From Auanema rhodensis (taxonomy: Eukaryota > Animalia > Nematoda), in NCBI GenBank assembly GCA_964057225.1, contig OZ059897.1, positions 14,074,001 through 14,138,000 of the forward strand: 64,000 bases of DNA. The letters run 5' to 3'. Of this stretch, positions 28,336-40,305 are shown piece by piece (the first letter of the stretch is position 1; every line of letters starts with the position of its first letter). The notes under the pieces are model-generated. The model saw only the letters and a list, made by a program, of their open reading frames with translations. It had not been told where the DNA came from and did not search any database. The translations under genes and the position numbers were made by a program.

Positions 28336-30267
28336 ATGTTTATAACAATTTACATCACATATCTTGTAATATGTTCAATAGTAGACGCAGATAAGCTTAT
28401 TTTATCTCAAATTGTAAGGATTTTTCAATTTTTTTACTTTCTTTTCTTTTGCGATGACTATCACGTTTTCATTGTTCAACATAGGTTTTCCGTCATGGAG
28501 CCAGAGCATCTGTTGAAAAGGCTACAACCGAAGAAGCAGCTGAGCACTTTTTCAGGGGCAGAGGACAACTAACTGATGTTATTAAATCTTTTGTCTATTC
28601 ATACTTCAGATTATTTTTTTTAGGAAGGAATACAGCAAGGGTATGAATTAGGGAAAGCTCTTCGGCAAAGAACACAGAACCTAATTGATCTTAGATTGAT
28701 TCCAGATGAAGTTTACACAGATTGTTGTCTTTATTCAAATATGAAACTATTTGTTACAGGTTGAATTTCGAAGTAGTCCTTCTGATAGATGTATTCAAAC
28801 AGCAGAAGCTGTAAGTATGGGTTTATTCAATCAAACATCTACTGGATTACCAGTAATAGCTGCAGTTCATACCTTTGCTATGAATGATAGTTGGGTAAAT
28901 TAACCTTAATGATTGTATTCGAATCAAATTTGTGATTTTTTTTCAGTTACTTTATCCTGTTTCTTGTCCTATTATTATTTATACAATAGGTCATGAATTA
29001 AGAATGACTGGAAATTATACCTATGTATGTTATGATATACATAATTTCTTTTTTTTAAATAATAATTCTTTTTAAGTTCCAAGTTCTTAAACGTAAAGTC
29101 AGTCAGCTATGCAAACAATCAACACATTGGAAGAATCAAGCAAATTGTAAAAATATGGAAGCATATATGATAGAAAGTAGATCAAGATTAGCAGTGCCTG
29201 ATTGGTTTAATGAGGATGTTGAATATGAAGCACAAACAATAGCTTCAGAGGTAAATATTTAAACCTTCTCTCTCGCTAACTCTTTCTCTCTCTCTATCTC
29301 TCTATCTCTCGCTCTCCTTCACTTTTCTAGTACAAAAAACTGGTTTATCTTTAATTTAAGCTCAAGTTCAATTACTTGTTTTGGTCTTAATTTAATTTAG
29401 ATGTTTTATACAAAGGAACAACTTTTAATTGAATTTGCTTAAGTTAAAGATCCATAATTAGGGAACAAAGTCAGGTCAACATGATTTGTCAATCCATCCA
29501 GAATGTTTTCGGCTAATCAAAAACTGATAATATGTTGAAATGATGAAAATACTTTCACTTGTTTTAGGCGTTACATTACATAACTGGATCAGGAAAATTT
29601 AAAAACAGGGATTTCATTCAAAGACGAGTTGGGCTATTGCTAGATACACTATTGAATACAATTTCTAAAGCTGCTGAAGCTTACCAAAATGGAACAAATT
29701 ATAAGAAACTTTTTGCTTATGCTACGGTATAACTTCGAAATTATTTAGTAAATAACATAAGATTATTTAAAAAATAATTGCAGCATGATATTATGTTATT
29801 GCCGTTGTTCACTGCATTTGGTTTGGATACGCTTGACGAGCATTTGCCACCATTTACGACTTCACTTCTCATTGAATTATGGGAAATCAACGATGAATTA
29901 AAAATCAAGGTTTTAAACAAATTATAAATGATTATAGTATATCTTTAGTTTTTCTTTCGACGAGATCGTGGTTCATTTATTCCTATTACTCGTGATGTTG
30001 AAGTATGTAAATACCAAGAAGAATGTAATATTACTACAGTATTAAATTGCTGTGATGAATATCGTCATACTGAACCATGGAAATTATGTGAAGTATAATA
30101 ATTATTTTTCATAAAATATTTTAATTTTTATAAATTATAGAATATAGAGAATGCAGGATCAACTTATCTATCAGGTAAATGCAAATTTGTTTTTTTAAAA
30201 TAATAATAAATTGTGAATTATAGGTGTACTCCTTATAATCATTTCATTACTTACATGGATATCATAA
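28336..30267 (+). CDS. Secreted histidine acid phosphatase (branch-2), possibly GPI-anchored
   Basis: Signal peptide, VFRHGARAS, RGRGQLTD|EG, RSSPSDRCIQTA, YAT|HD proton-donor motif, hydrophobic C-terminal tail. Last two exons are less certain. Confidence 0.9.
29267..29320. repeat. Imperfect (CT)n microsatellite in phosphatase intron
   Basis: TCTCTCTCGC...TCTCTCTCTATCTCTCTATCTCTC. Confidence 0.8.
29347..29451. repeat. Short inverted-repeat (MITE-like hairpin) in intron
   Basis: ATCTTTAATTTAAGCTCAAGTTCAATTA (29347-29374) pairs with TAATTGAATTTGCTTAAGTTAAAGAT (29426-29451) with few mismatches. Confidence 0.5.
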
Positions 30268-30767
30268 AATAGGAATCAGAATCATATGAATTTTTTTTTT
30301 ATCAATCTGAATAGCAACTCAAATTTTTATTTCAACAAAAATTATTTTAAAAACAAATATATGTATTAGATTGTAGATGTAGAAACAATGAAAAATAAAA
30401 TAAAAATTGCAGTCTTGAACAAGAAAATGTTCAAAAGAACAAAAAAAATAAGGAAATACATACGATATACATTTCCAATAAAATACATATTCATATACAA
30501 TATGTATAACATTTATTCAAAAATATTATATTTCTACAATACTAGGAAGTTCAAGTTCTATATATCTTTCTACATATGTATAAATAATATGATCATATAT
30601 TTTATTATATAAAAATTTTAAATAATATATACATCTGTTTGTATTTGGATTTATTTACAAATATTTTTTGTTGTGGAGAATAATCAAGATATATCCTTAA
30701 TTATTACAATTTAATTGAATTTGTTCTAAAAAAATATTTTTTTAAAGAAAATAATAACAATTAGTTC

Positions 30768-32044
30768 TTACTGAATTCTCGTACTATTTCTATTGTTTTG
30801 TCTACACAATAAAGATGATATCATTTTTCGATATCTTATATTTAATAATATATATGATATAGTATAACAACTTGTACTAAGTCCTAACGAAGATAATAAA
30901 ATCTCGAATAAACCTTAAAATATATAATCTCGAATAAACCTTAAATCCTTAATGTTTGAATTATAAGAATTATTTACTTTTTGGTATTACATATCGAGCA
31001 TTTATATAATTACCCAAGGGGCGGAGTAGAAAACATATTATAGTTATTGTTGTCTTAAAAATTAAATTAAATATAAAAATATATTTTGCACATACTTGAA
31101 AAATTAAAGATTTTAAAACTCTAATATGATGATTTGTAATCAGATTTGAACTAACAGACTGTTTTTCTTTAATTGTTTTCACAATTAAACATATAGAAAT
31201 TAGTACAATCTAAATTTTAAAAAAACTATTTGATATTAAAAAATGAAAACATACAAACACAGATATTAATTCTCCCGAATATGTAAGATAAATATAAATT
31301 TGAGCAAATTGATTTTTAATATTAACCAAGAAATATGATTTATCTACTAGATAATCTATTTGTAATTGAGAAAGCTGAAAATATTGTTTGATTTTTTGAA
31401 TTTCCGAAAAAAATTAAGTTCTAACGTTGAAACCAGCATCTTCAATGATACGTCCTTCATCTATAAGATAATGTAAAATTGTTGGAATTACAGCATTTAA
31501 TATGAAAATAAAAATAAAAACCACTGGAATTATAAATGGTTTCTAAAATAAATAAATAATATATTGAAATATAAGTTATATAAGTTTACATTAAGTATAT
31601 GTTCTGCATTTGATAATATTTGAAGTCGACAGATGAAGGATAATACTAGAAAAGCTTGAAATACTCCAATTGAAAAACAGTATAAACAGTATAAGATACG
31701 GCAATTCAATCCAGTTAAAAAGAAATATCCTTCGCAGTAAACGATACCAAAGCCTAATTCTGGATAATATTTACCAAAAAATGACCAATTTAATGATAAA
31801 ATATATAATGTTATCTTAAAATAAATATTTTTAATCTTTAAAGGAAATATTAGAAAACCTGCTGGCCATAAAGTGATATAGTATATCTTATTTGTTCATT
31901 TGTTCTAACAGTTTTAAAAGAAATAAATAGAAACAAAAATATAATTAATGTATTAAATATTGTTATAATATTTTGAAATAATTTATAAAAAGAATGATCT
32001 GGGACAGTATATGTATTAATAAAATCATCAGCAAACATACTCAC
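30768..32044 (-). CDS. Serpentine 7TM chemoreceptor (divergent subfamily), 3' end approximate
   Basis: Spliced MSMFADDF...LYGQQ|ITLYILSLNWSFFGKYYPELG..YCEGY..GLNC...HIRVLKSLIFQ|...YILLNIRYRKMI. Motifs are shared with the genes at 40.3 and 43 kb. Confidence 0.8.
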
Positions 32045-32329
32045 CGTGTATGTATATCTGATATATAAATTATAAAAATGTAGAAAATTAATATGTTAGT
32101 TTTCGGAATTTCTATTTTATAGTAGCTATATATTTTTTCTTTTTTCTTTTTTCTTTTAATTTTTTTTTTAGTTTCCTTGTACAATACGGAATTCATTTCT
32201 GATTGTATTCTAATTTATACAATATCCTACACAATTGGATCTCGTATGTGCTTTACAACATTCAGCAACTATCTAGAGATTGATAGTTTGATAGTTTGTT
32301 TCTGTAAAAATATTCACTACATACTCAAT

Positions 32330-32720
32330 TTGTATGGATTTCCTTGTAGAACATGTAAAAAAGAGAAATAAATCAAATAATCCTCATTTTTAGAAGGTTA
32401 TTGATATAAAAAGACATATTATAATAAAAAAATGATTTAGGATGCAAATTAACGTACAGCACTATAATTATGTTCATTTTTGCTTGGGCAGATAATTTTC
32501 TCACATGGAAGTTCGCGTATGAACAACTCGGTATTGGTTCCATGCCGACATTTGTTGATTCGACTAACTACTTGAGAGAAGCATGCACATTCAAGCTTCT
32601 GAAGACCAAGGAGAAAATAGGAGGATCCGGAAAGTCTGTAGAAATAGATGAAACTTTAGTTGCGCGTAGGAAATATAACACGGGTAGAGTAATTAAGTAA
32701 ATTTGGGTTTTTTTTTGCTG
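32330..32720 (+). mobile_element. Merlin (IS1595/ISXO2-like) transposase relic
   Basis: FPCRTC...GCKLTYSTIIMFIFAWA...NYLREAC...KIGGSGKSVEIDETLVARRKYNTGRVIK*IWVF, the IGG.G..VEIDE...RKYN.GR signature. Premature stop and truncation. Confidence 0.85.
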
Positions 32721-32875
32721 AGAATAACTTCGAATTATAATAAATATAATTATATTCGACACCGATTAAATGTTTATATTTTGTTGTTTAAGTATACTTC
32801 TACAGATCTTGGGTGGAAACCCCATCAGACCCCGCGGTTTGACATTGGGCACTCCCGCTGTATTAGATAGATGTA

Positions 32876-34127
32876 CAGTCCTGTGCGAAATAGTTGGGAC
32901 ACTTACTAGAATCCCTCATATCTTTCGAAACAAACTACAAAAAAATCGAAAAAAAATAATGATGAGTATTCTAAAACTCTATAGAATCAATAAATAAAAT
33001 TAAAAATTGAAATTAGCACGTTTATTAATATTTAGTAGGGTAGCCAAAACTATCAATTACTGCCTGAAGTCTTCTGGGCATCGATTCGACGATTTTCTTC
33101 AGAAGAGTCGGTGTTATTTCTCTCCAGAGTGTTCGTAGGACTCTGAATTTCTCATCTTTGTTCGAACTTGGGAATTGCGATGAACGTCGGCCAAGTTCCC
33201 TCCAAAGATGCTCAATAGGGTTAAGATCTGGAGATTGGCTAGGCCATTTCAGCACGTTCAGGCGATTGTCCTCCAGAAAGCTTGTAGTCGAACGAGCAGT
33301 GTGCTTCGGATCATTATCTTGTTGAAGAATGAACCGATTTCTTGTTCCAAATTTTGATACAGCATACGGCAGGAAACATTCTTCTAAGATATTTTGATAA
33401 TCTTCGGCACACATCCTGCCTTCTATACGAAAAAGAGGGCCAACTTCGGAAGCACAAAAGCAGCCCCAAACCATGACGTTGCCGCCACCATGCTTCACCG
33501 TGGGTAGCATGTATTGAGGATTGAATCGCTGATTTGGAGGTCTTCTTACATTAGATTTCTCGCCAACAATCTTCGTCGAATATTCGAAGGATCAAGCCTA
33601 ATCCTGAACATTCTTAGAAGATGTTGGTTTAACTCGGATGACGTGATATCCGGATGCCGCTCTACGAGTTTAATTAATAAATTATCTTGTCCTACTGTTG
33701 TTTTTCTTCCTCTTCCTCTTGTCTCCGTTTGGTATGGTTCTTGTGAAGCTTTCCAAATATTTAGAATCGTACTCTTCGGCAAGGTGAGAAGCTGACTTAT
33801 CTTCCGTAAGCTGAACATTCTATTTTTCATGCTAAGAACGATGTTTTGAACTTCAGGGGTAGTTTTTTTGCCTCTAACCATCTTAAATTATGAATTTTTA
33901 TTTTTAATTATGCAAAACAATGAAATCAGCATAAAATTCAATTTTAAACTTAAATTATTTTTCAAAAATTCAGTTTTCATCATTTGAAGTCTATATTCAA
34001 TCAATATCTTGATACTTGATCCTGAAACCTAAATTAATTTTTTGAATTTTGTTTTGTAGTTTGAAGTGGGTTTCTGGAGTCTTTTAGTTGGGGATTGAAT
34101 TCAACCCAACTATTTCGCACAGGACTG
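32876..34127 (-). mobile_element. Tc1-family (DD34E) transposon, internally deleted, 1252 bp
   Basis: Perfect 23-bp TIRs CAGTCCTGTGCGAAATAGTTGGG with TA on both sides. Transposase 33881-33025: paired HTH, GRGRKT, TVKHGGG, QQDNDPKH-x-PDLNPIE (D34E spacing). The segment carrying the first catalytic Asp is missing at ~33550. Confidence 0.96.
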
Positions 34128-34699
34128 TATATGCAGTGCCCAAAAACGAACTTCCTGATAAAATCTAAATTTTGTCATCTTCTTATCTTATTTAGGTATA
34201 ACTATTCTGTTAAAATTTTGAACCAACATATTAGCATAAGCATGCGCCAGAGAGGAGGGGATGGCAAATACTAAACAAGCTCCCTCATTTGTTTTACCAA
34301 TTTTCATCAGATTATCGAAATCTTATTCATTCATATATGTATATATTTTTCTTCTACTTTCTTCTTTATTTACGAATGGTTGATCATTTCATTTATGAAA
34401 TCTTTTAATATTGTTACATTATGTATAATTGAACAATAACGTTCAACTAAGTTTTAAAATTTTGTATTTTCAATCGATCTAATAATAATAACATTTTTTC
34501 TCGCATCATTTCACCTGGTATGTGGTTGCATTGATTCCAATTTTTATGCTAATTTCACAAAATTAATAAAAAATTTAATTAAATTTAAAAAATTAGAATA
34601 TTTTTAAATATAATTAAAATAAAATACATTACATTTTAAAAACTTTACATTCGAAAACTTTTAAACAAGCATCTAAATTTTACTTGGGCAAAATGTTTA

Positions 34700-35215
34700 A
34701 CAAATTCTTAGTGGATAAACCTTGGAAACCGTGCCAAATTTATTAACCATGCCCCAACAGCTGCTCGTCAAAATCCTAACAATGAAACAATGAAAACTGG
34801 ATGTTCTTATACAATAAAGTCCGATATGAAACTGTCTGTAAAATGATGTATTCATTATCATTTAGATTTTGCATATTTTCATTCTACCAAGATACAATGG
34901 CTGCTAATAGGTTGTGTTTTTTCCTTTTCTTTTCAAATAAACTTTTTTTAGTTCTAAACGTTTATATGAGGAGAAGGGTTTCGATTATGAAGAAATTCAT
35001 TGGCTCTGGTACTTTAACAATTTTTCTATGTATACGAGTGAAAATTTTCAGTAAACATATAAAAATCAACAAGTATGGTGGAATCGAGCATAGTGAGCCT
35101 AGAAGAACCACTACTATTAGTGGTTGCTTATTTTTATTTTCCGCTTTCCTATCAACCTGTAGAAAACAAATTGGATTCAGACCCTCATTCAAGGATATAT
35201 TTGAAATAAAGGTAT
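34700..35215 (-). pseudogene. Possible fragment of a serpentine receptor of another class
   Basis: Hydrophobic TM1-like PLIVVVLLGSLCSIPPYLLIFICLLKIF...NFFIIETLLLI, then GAWLINLARF with a stop nearby. No complete gene could be assembled. Confidence 0.35.
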
Positions 35216-35397
35216 GAGCGTTTTTTTTAAATTTAATGACTTGAATCTTTTTTTTCATTTATACATATCCTTAGAAAAATTACTTTTTTTGAAAGCATTT
35301 TGAATGAAAAAAATTAAAACATTTTTATAGAACACTATCTTTATCTTCAAACCATGTCATATTTTCATTTATTAAAATTTTAAACATTGAGATATAA

Positions 35398-35490
35398 TAT
35401 TGGGTGGTTGCAAACTTTTTTATTTGTTCTTTTTTTTGATTACTTTCTCCCATCTCTGTTTTAAGATTCTCATTCCTGTTGTGGATAGTA
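35398..35490 (-). mobile_element. Mariner 3'-end relic
   Basis: GMRILKQRWEKVI matches the mariner C-terminal GI..L..RW.KV motif, followed by a TIR-like TATTGGGTGGTTGCAAAC next to a TA. Confidence 0.5.
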
Positions 35491-35971
35491 TGGGAGGGTT
35501 AACCCAAAACTTAGCCCAGTTTACGTTGGAATAAAAAAACAACTTCTCATATTCAGTCAAAAATCTTTTGAAAAATCCCCGTTTTTGGCTCATTTTCAGA
35601 AAATCCTGAGCCAAAGAAACTCTTAACCTCAGATTACTCTCATACAGGATATGTGGAAAATGGGGAAGGCTTTTGAATTTTCTCCCTTTCTTTCAACGTG
35701 CGAGAGACAGTTGCTTTGTGAACCTTTTTTTAAATATCCAATTTTAAATTTATTTTTAGAAAATTTTGTAAATGTAGCTTAAAATTTGAAATTTTCATTG
35801 GGGCCAGCGAATCTATGCAACTACAATGCATTCATAAAATTTTGCAGATCAATCAAATAATAAAGAATAACATTAGAACAATTTATCTAAATTCTTCCTC
35901 ATATTTTTTTTTTGAATTTTGGTTGTTGTTTTGAGAAACATATAAACTATACTGAAAATTGTGTATTATAG

Positions 35972-37981
35972 TGGTCACCATGGCCTGTGCAACCAAACCT
36001 GCTGCCTGGTGAAGGTAGAGTTTGGTTTTATTTTGACCCCGAACTCAAAATACCTGGTACTATAGCCAATACCGACTCACATTGTCTGGCTAGATTAGCA
36101 GTTGTGGGAATGTGGAAAGCTGACGAACTGGCCACTGAAGATGGCGATGAGAAACGAAGGCTGCAAAACCTTCGTCGCCATTACATCTTATTGCCAAATC
36201 AGCCACACCATATCAATTTATTAATTAGGTGTGGCATTTCCGAAAATTTGCTAAATTATAATTTGATTCATTTAAACATTATTGCCAGCTGTAATACAAA
36301 CTATAAATTTGTAGTATATGCTAGACCGCCTGGACAGCGTATGTACACTATCCAGAAAATATTTAATGAAGCGGCTAGCAAATTGGTAACACTAGGTTAC
36401 CGTAATAATCACTATGATTGTATTACAGCTGGTAGTCGTTCGAAAATTTTTGACGGTTTTATATGTCAACACTGTAAGTTATCTTACAATACAGTGTTGC
36501 ATAGATGTAAAGCCAAATGTAAAAAATGCCACACCTATAATTGTAATGCGATGGGGAATGTGGTTGAGAGTAGCGTGAGGTGTGATAGTTGTAGAGTTTT
36601 GTTTAAAACTCAACAATGCTTCGATAGGCATTTGCGAAAAGCCTGCCGAAAATTCAAGGTATTTTGTGAAAATTTAAAGTTGTACATAACAAGCTTAAAT
36701 TCAGACATGTGTGGCGTGTGATCACTATCACATGGTCCGTGCTGATAGACCGCACAATTGCAATGAAAAATTTTGCAAAAAGTGCGGTCAAACAAAGCCT
36801 GAAGAGCACTCTTGTTGTTGGGTTCCACCTAACGACAAGAAGAAGGCTCAACTAAAAAAGAAGCAAGAAAAGTTCAAGGTTTGTAATTGATATCTGTACA
36901 AATGTAATGCTTCCTTGTTTAAGCTCATATTTTATGACTTTGAAACAGTTGTGTTAAAAAACGGCACAAATGTTCATGAATATGCAGATGAACAATGGCC
37001 CTATATGGTTGTATATAATAAGTTTTGTGAAAGTTGTATAGATTCTAATATATGTGAAAAATGTACAACCAAGGAGGGCCATTTTGGGTACCAGCAAGGT
37101 GATAATGAATGTTCTGTAACAGATCGTTTCCTTGATTGGTTGCTCAACTTTTCTGAGAATGATAATGCAATTTTGATTGCGCATAATGGTTCGCGCTTTG
37201 ACATACATTTTTTGGTGTCTAGGCTTATACATCGTGGAATATATCCTGACCCCATTTTAAATGGGACCAAGATTATTAGCATGTTTGTTAAGCCTTTAAG
37301 AGGTCAAAATATCAATCATTTATATTTTAAAGATAGTTATTTATTAGTGCCCTTACCCTTATCAGCGTTACCCAAAGCATTTGGTGTACCTGATATGAGT
37401 AAAGGACAATTTCCATACCTCTTTAACCAACCAATAAATTATGGCAAAGTGCTACCATCCTTGCCACCAAAGCATTACTATTGTACTGCTAGAATGAAAG
37501 CCGAAGACCTTGCTTCATTCAATGTTTGGTATGAGGAGCGTAATCAAAGCGCGTTTGATTTTGACGAGGAGCTTCTGGAATATTGTAGAACAGATGTCCG
37601 TATTTTAACCAACTGTATGAAAGTGTACATGAAGTTGGCCACCGCCACCACTGGCTGGAATCCTGTCATACAATGCATGACATTTGCCAGTTTTTCTTTA
37701 TTCCAGGCAAGTTTTCAAAAATGCAAGCATTGTTTAAAGCAATTGTGTTTCAGTTGAAGATGAACCACATTAAAGAAAATCAAGTGGGTATTCTGCCTGA
37801 GACTGGTTATTATGCCGGCCAGAAGCAGAGTATAATTGCCATAAAGTACATAAAATGGCTAGAACAAGGATTAGGCCGCCCATTAATGCATAAGCTTAAT
37901 GGTGGTGAATTTGTTGTGAGAGTAGATGGCCAACGCTATCTACTTGATGCTTATGACAGTGTGGCTAATCACGGCTATGAG
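35972..37981 (+). mobile_element. Polinton/Maverick protein-primed DNA polymerase B, spliced, truncated at both ends
   Basis: Exons 35972-36658, 36705-36878, 36924-37706, 37754-37981 join in frame with no stops. Cys/His-rich zinc-finger array, ExoI YDFET, ExoII AHNGSRFD, DS..L.P.PL..LPKAFG, KG.FP.LFN, ExoIII YCRTDV, then HKLNGGE...YLLDAYD...GYE (start of a VSR-like nuclease insert). Palm motifs absent. Confidence 0.92.
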
Positions 37982-38000
37982 GTGAGTAATTTGTAATAAA

Positions 38001-38390
38001 TAACTAACTGTATGAAAAAATACATGAAGTTGGCCACCGCTACCACTGGCTGGAACCCTGTCATACAATGCATGACATTTGCCAGTTTTTCTTTATTCCA
38101 GGCAAGTTTTCAAAAATGCAAGCATTGTTTAAAGCAATTGTGTTTCAGTTGAAGAACTCTTGTTGTTGGGTTTCACCTAACGACAAGAAGAAGGCTCAGC
38201 TAAAAAAGAAACAAGAGAAATACAAGGTTTGTAATTGATGCCTTTACAAGTGTAATGGTTCCTTGTTTAAGATTATATTTTATGACTTTGAAACAGCTGT
38301 GTTAAAAAATGACACTGATGTTCATGAATATGCAAATGAACAATGGCCCAATATTGTTGTATAGGTTATAACAATTTTTGCAATAGTTGT
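38001..38390 (+). repeat. Rearranged duplicates of pPolB segments
   Basis: 38001-38155 matches 37606-37760; 38150-38390 matches about 36800-37040 (more diverged). The two pieces are joined at a shared TGAAGA. Confidence 0.92.
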
Positions 38391-38446
38391 GTTTTTTCAC
38401 CCAAGATGCGGCCTAAGATGGAAAACATTTTTTTAATAAAGAAAAT

Positions 38447-38869
38447 ATGAAAAATGTTGTTGAAATTGACGAAAAGCAACCGCACACGTTAATTTATATC
38501 CGAAACGTGAGTAGAGCAAACGTGAGATATGATAATCAGTCAGATATAGTTCAAGATTATATTGACATAAGTATACCACATAATAGAAAATTCTTATTTA
38601 ATGCTCTACCGAAAGAAATATAGCAAAAAGATTTCGGAGAAGGATTGTACCTCACCGCACAGATTTGTTGTCAACAAAACGTGGTAAACAGACATAGATT
38701 CATGATTCATTTGAAAGAAAATAACATAAATCGAAGTTTAAGTTACTAAGAAAGTTTTGAATTTTTCGAAACATGGGAACATGTGAAAGAGGTTGAGGCT
38801 ATGAATTGGACAACAATCGTTTCATGTTGTGTACCAAGTTATACTATTATTAATTTATATCTAAAGTAA
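38447..38869 (+). pseudogene. Decayed ORF of unknown family
   Basis: 141 codons MKNVVEIDEKQPHTLIYIRN... in one frame with only two internal stops (TAG, TAA). Confidence 0.4.
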
Positions 38870-39289
38870 ATTAAATATAAATTAAATCAATGACTTACAT
38901 ATTTGAATCTAATCCATGATTATCAGTGGAGCGCGACTTAAAAACTATTGTTCTCTGGTATTATTTTACTGAAAAGTTTAATTAACAATAAAATTATAAG
39001 TACTGTGGAAATTAAATATTTGCAATCATGTCTGTGAAACCAGAATAACTTATAGAAAATCAAAAATATTGATGTATCTACGAGATATCACGGCTTGAAC
39101 ACAGCTCCCATAGTGAACTTATATTGCCTAATGATTTATATGATATATCCATTTTTTATTTTATCACGTAGTTACCAATTATATATAAATGTGGTCAATA
39201 GCCGAAAGGATAAGATGACGGACTGGTACTCAAACAGTCAAAGATCGAATCCCGCAGGCTGCTAGAGTAAGAGGTAAGACAAAAGTTAT

Positions 39290-39753
39290 AGAACCGAAAC
39301 AGGACCGAGGACACCGGGACGGACGACCCCAGGACGGAGGACACCGGGACGGAGGACACCAGGACCGAGGACGGAGGACACCAGGACCGAGGACGGAGGA
39401 CCCAGGACGGAGGACGGAGGACACCAGGACCGAGGACGGAGGACCCAGGACGGAGGACACCAGGACCGAGGACGGAGGACCCAGGACCGAGGACGGAGGA
39501 CCCAGGACCGAGGACGGAGGACCCAGGACGGAGGACACCAGGACCGATTTTCCTAACCTTTTTTAATAACTATATTTTTTCAGGACTGAGGAGGACGAGG
39601 ACCCCAAGACAGATAGAGGACCCCAGGACAAATAGAGGATCCGAGGACCTCAGGGCAGATAGAGGACCCCAGGATTGAGGACCTCAGAGGATCTCCCTAG
39701 ACCAGGACCCTCCTATTTTTTTCCTAACCTTTTTTAGTAACTATATTTTTTCA
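39290..39753 (+). repeat. GGAC-based minisatellite, plus a degenerate second block flanked by ~35-bp direct repeats
   Basis: Monomers AGGACCG/AGGACGG/AGGACCC/AGGACACC; no T from 39290 to 39547. TTTTCCTAACCTTTTT..TAACTATATTTTTTCA at about 39548 and 39719. Confidence 0.95.
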
Positions 39754-40305
39754 TTTTTCTTAAAATTTTATTGCCAAGTTGCCTTGTAAAATACGAAATT
39801 ATTGTATTCTAACTATATTAATAACTTTAAATATTGAAAAAACATAAATTATTATGTCAAACGTCATCAAAAATATTTCAATTGACATTGAAGCATTACT
39901 TACTTAATAAAAATTTATAATTTTATATAATGATTCTGATTATAAGTACTATGAAAGTTCATTTAGTATTTATGTGATTTTGAAAATCTTTGGTCTAATA
40001 CTCCGAATAAAATCTGATTAATCCACCTCATTACACATTACACAATTATAATGAAAATTTAAAAAAAAAAAACATTTTAAAACACTGTTTTGTTTATCTG
40101 TTGAAATATTGTCGATTTTGTAACTTTTTTCGATGCCTAGCTGATGTCACAAAACAAAATCATAAATATATATAGATATATATTGTATTAATACAGTAAT
40201 TTATTTATTTATTCAACCAAAACTTTTTTTAAAAATTTTTAAAATAATATTACAATGTTTATATTTCATAATAAAACATAAATATATAATTATAATTATA
40301 TAATT

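Noticed and set aside
30900-30946. 20-bp direct repeat AATCTCGAATAAACCTTAAA at a receptor intron/exon edge
   Set aside because: A simple local duplication; no evidence of a mobile element, although it may shift the acceptor.
39230-39538. 102-aa minus-strand ORF (SSVLGPP repeats)
   Set aside because: The array has no A on this strand, so stops are impossible; the ORF is a by-product of the repeat.
39301-39547. CRISPR-like or telomeric array
   Set aside because: No unique spacers, eukaryotic context, no cas genes; the monomers are unlike nematode TTAGGC.
35972-39753. Complete Polinton element
   Set aside because: No integrase, ATPase, protease, capsid genes, TIR pair or TSD found; only fragments are supported.
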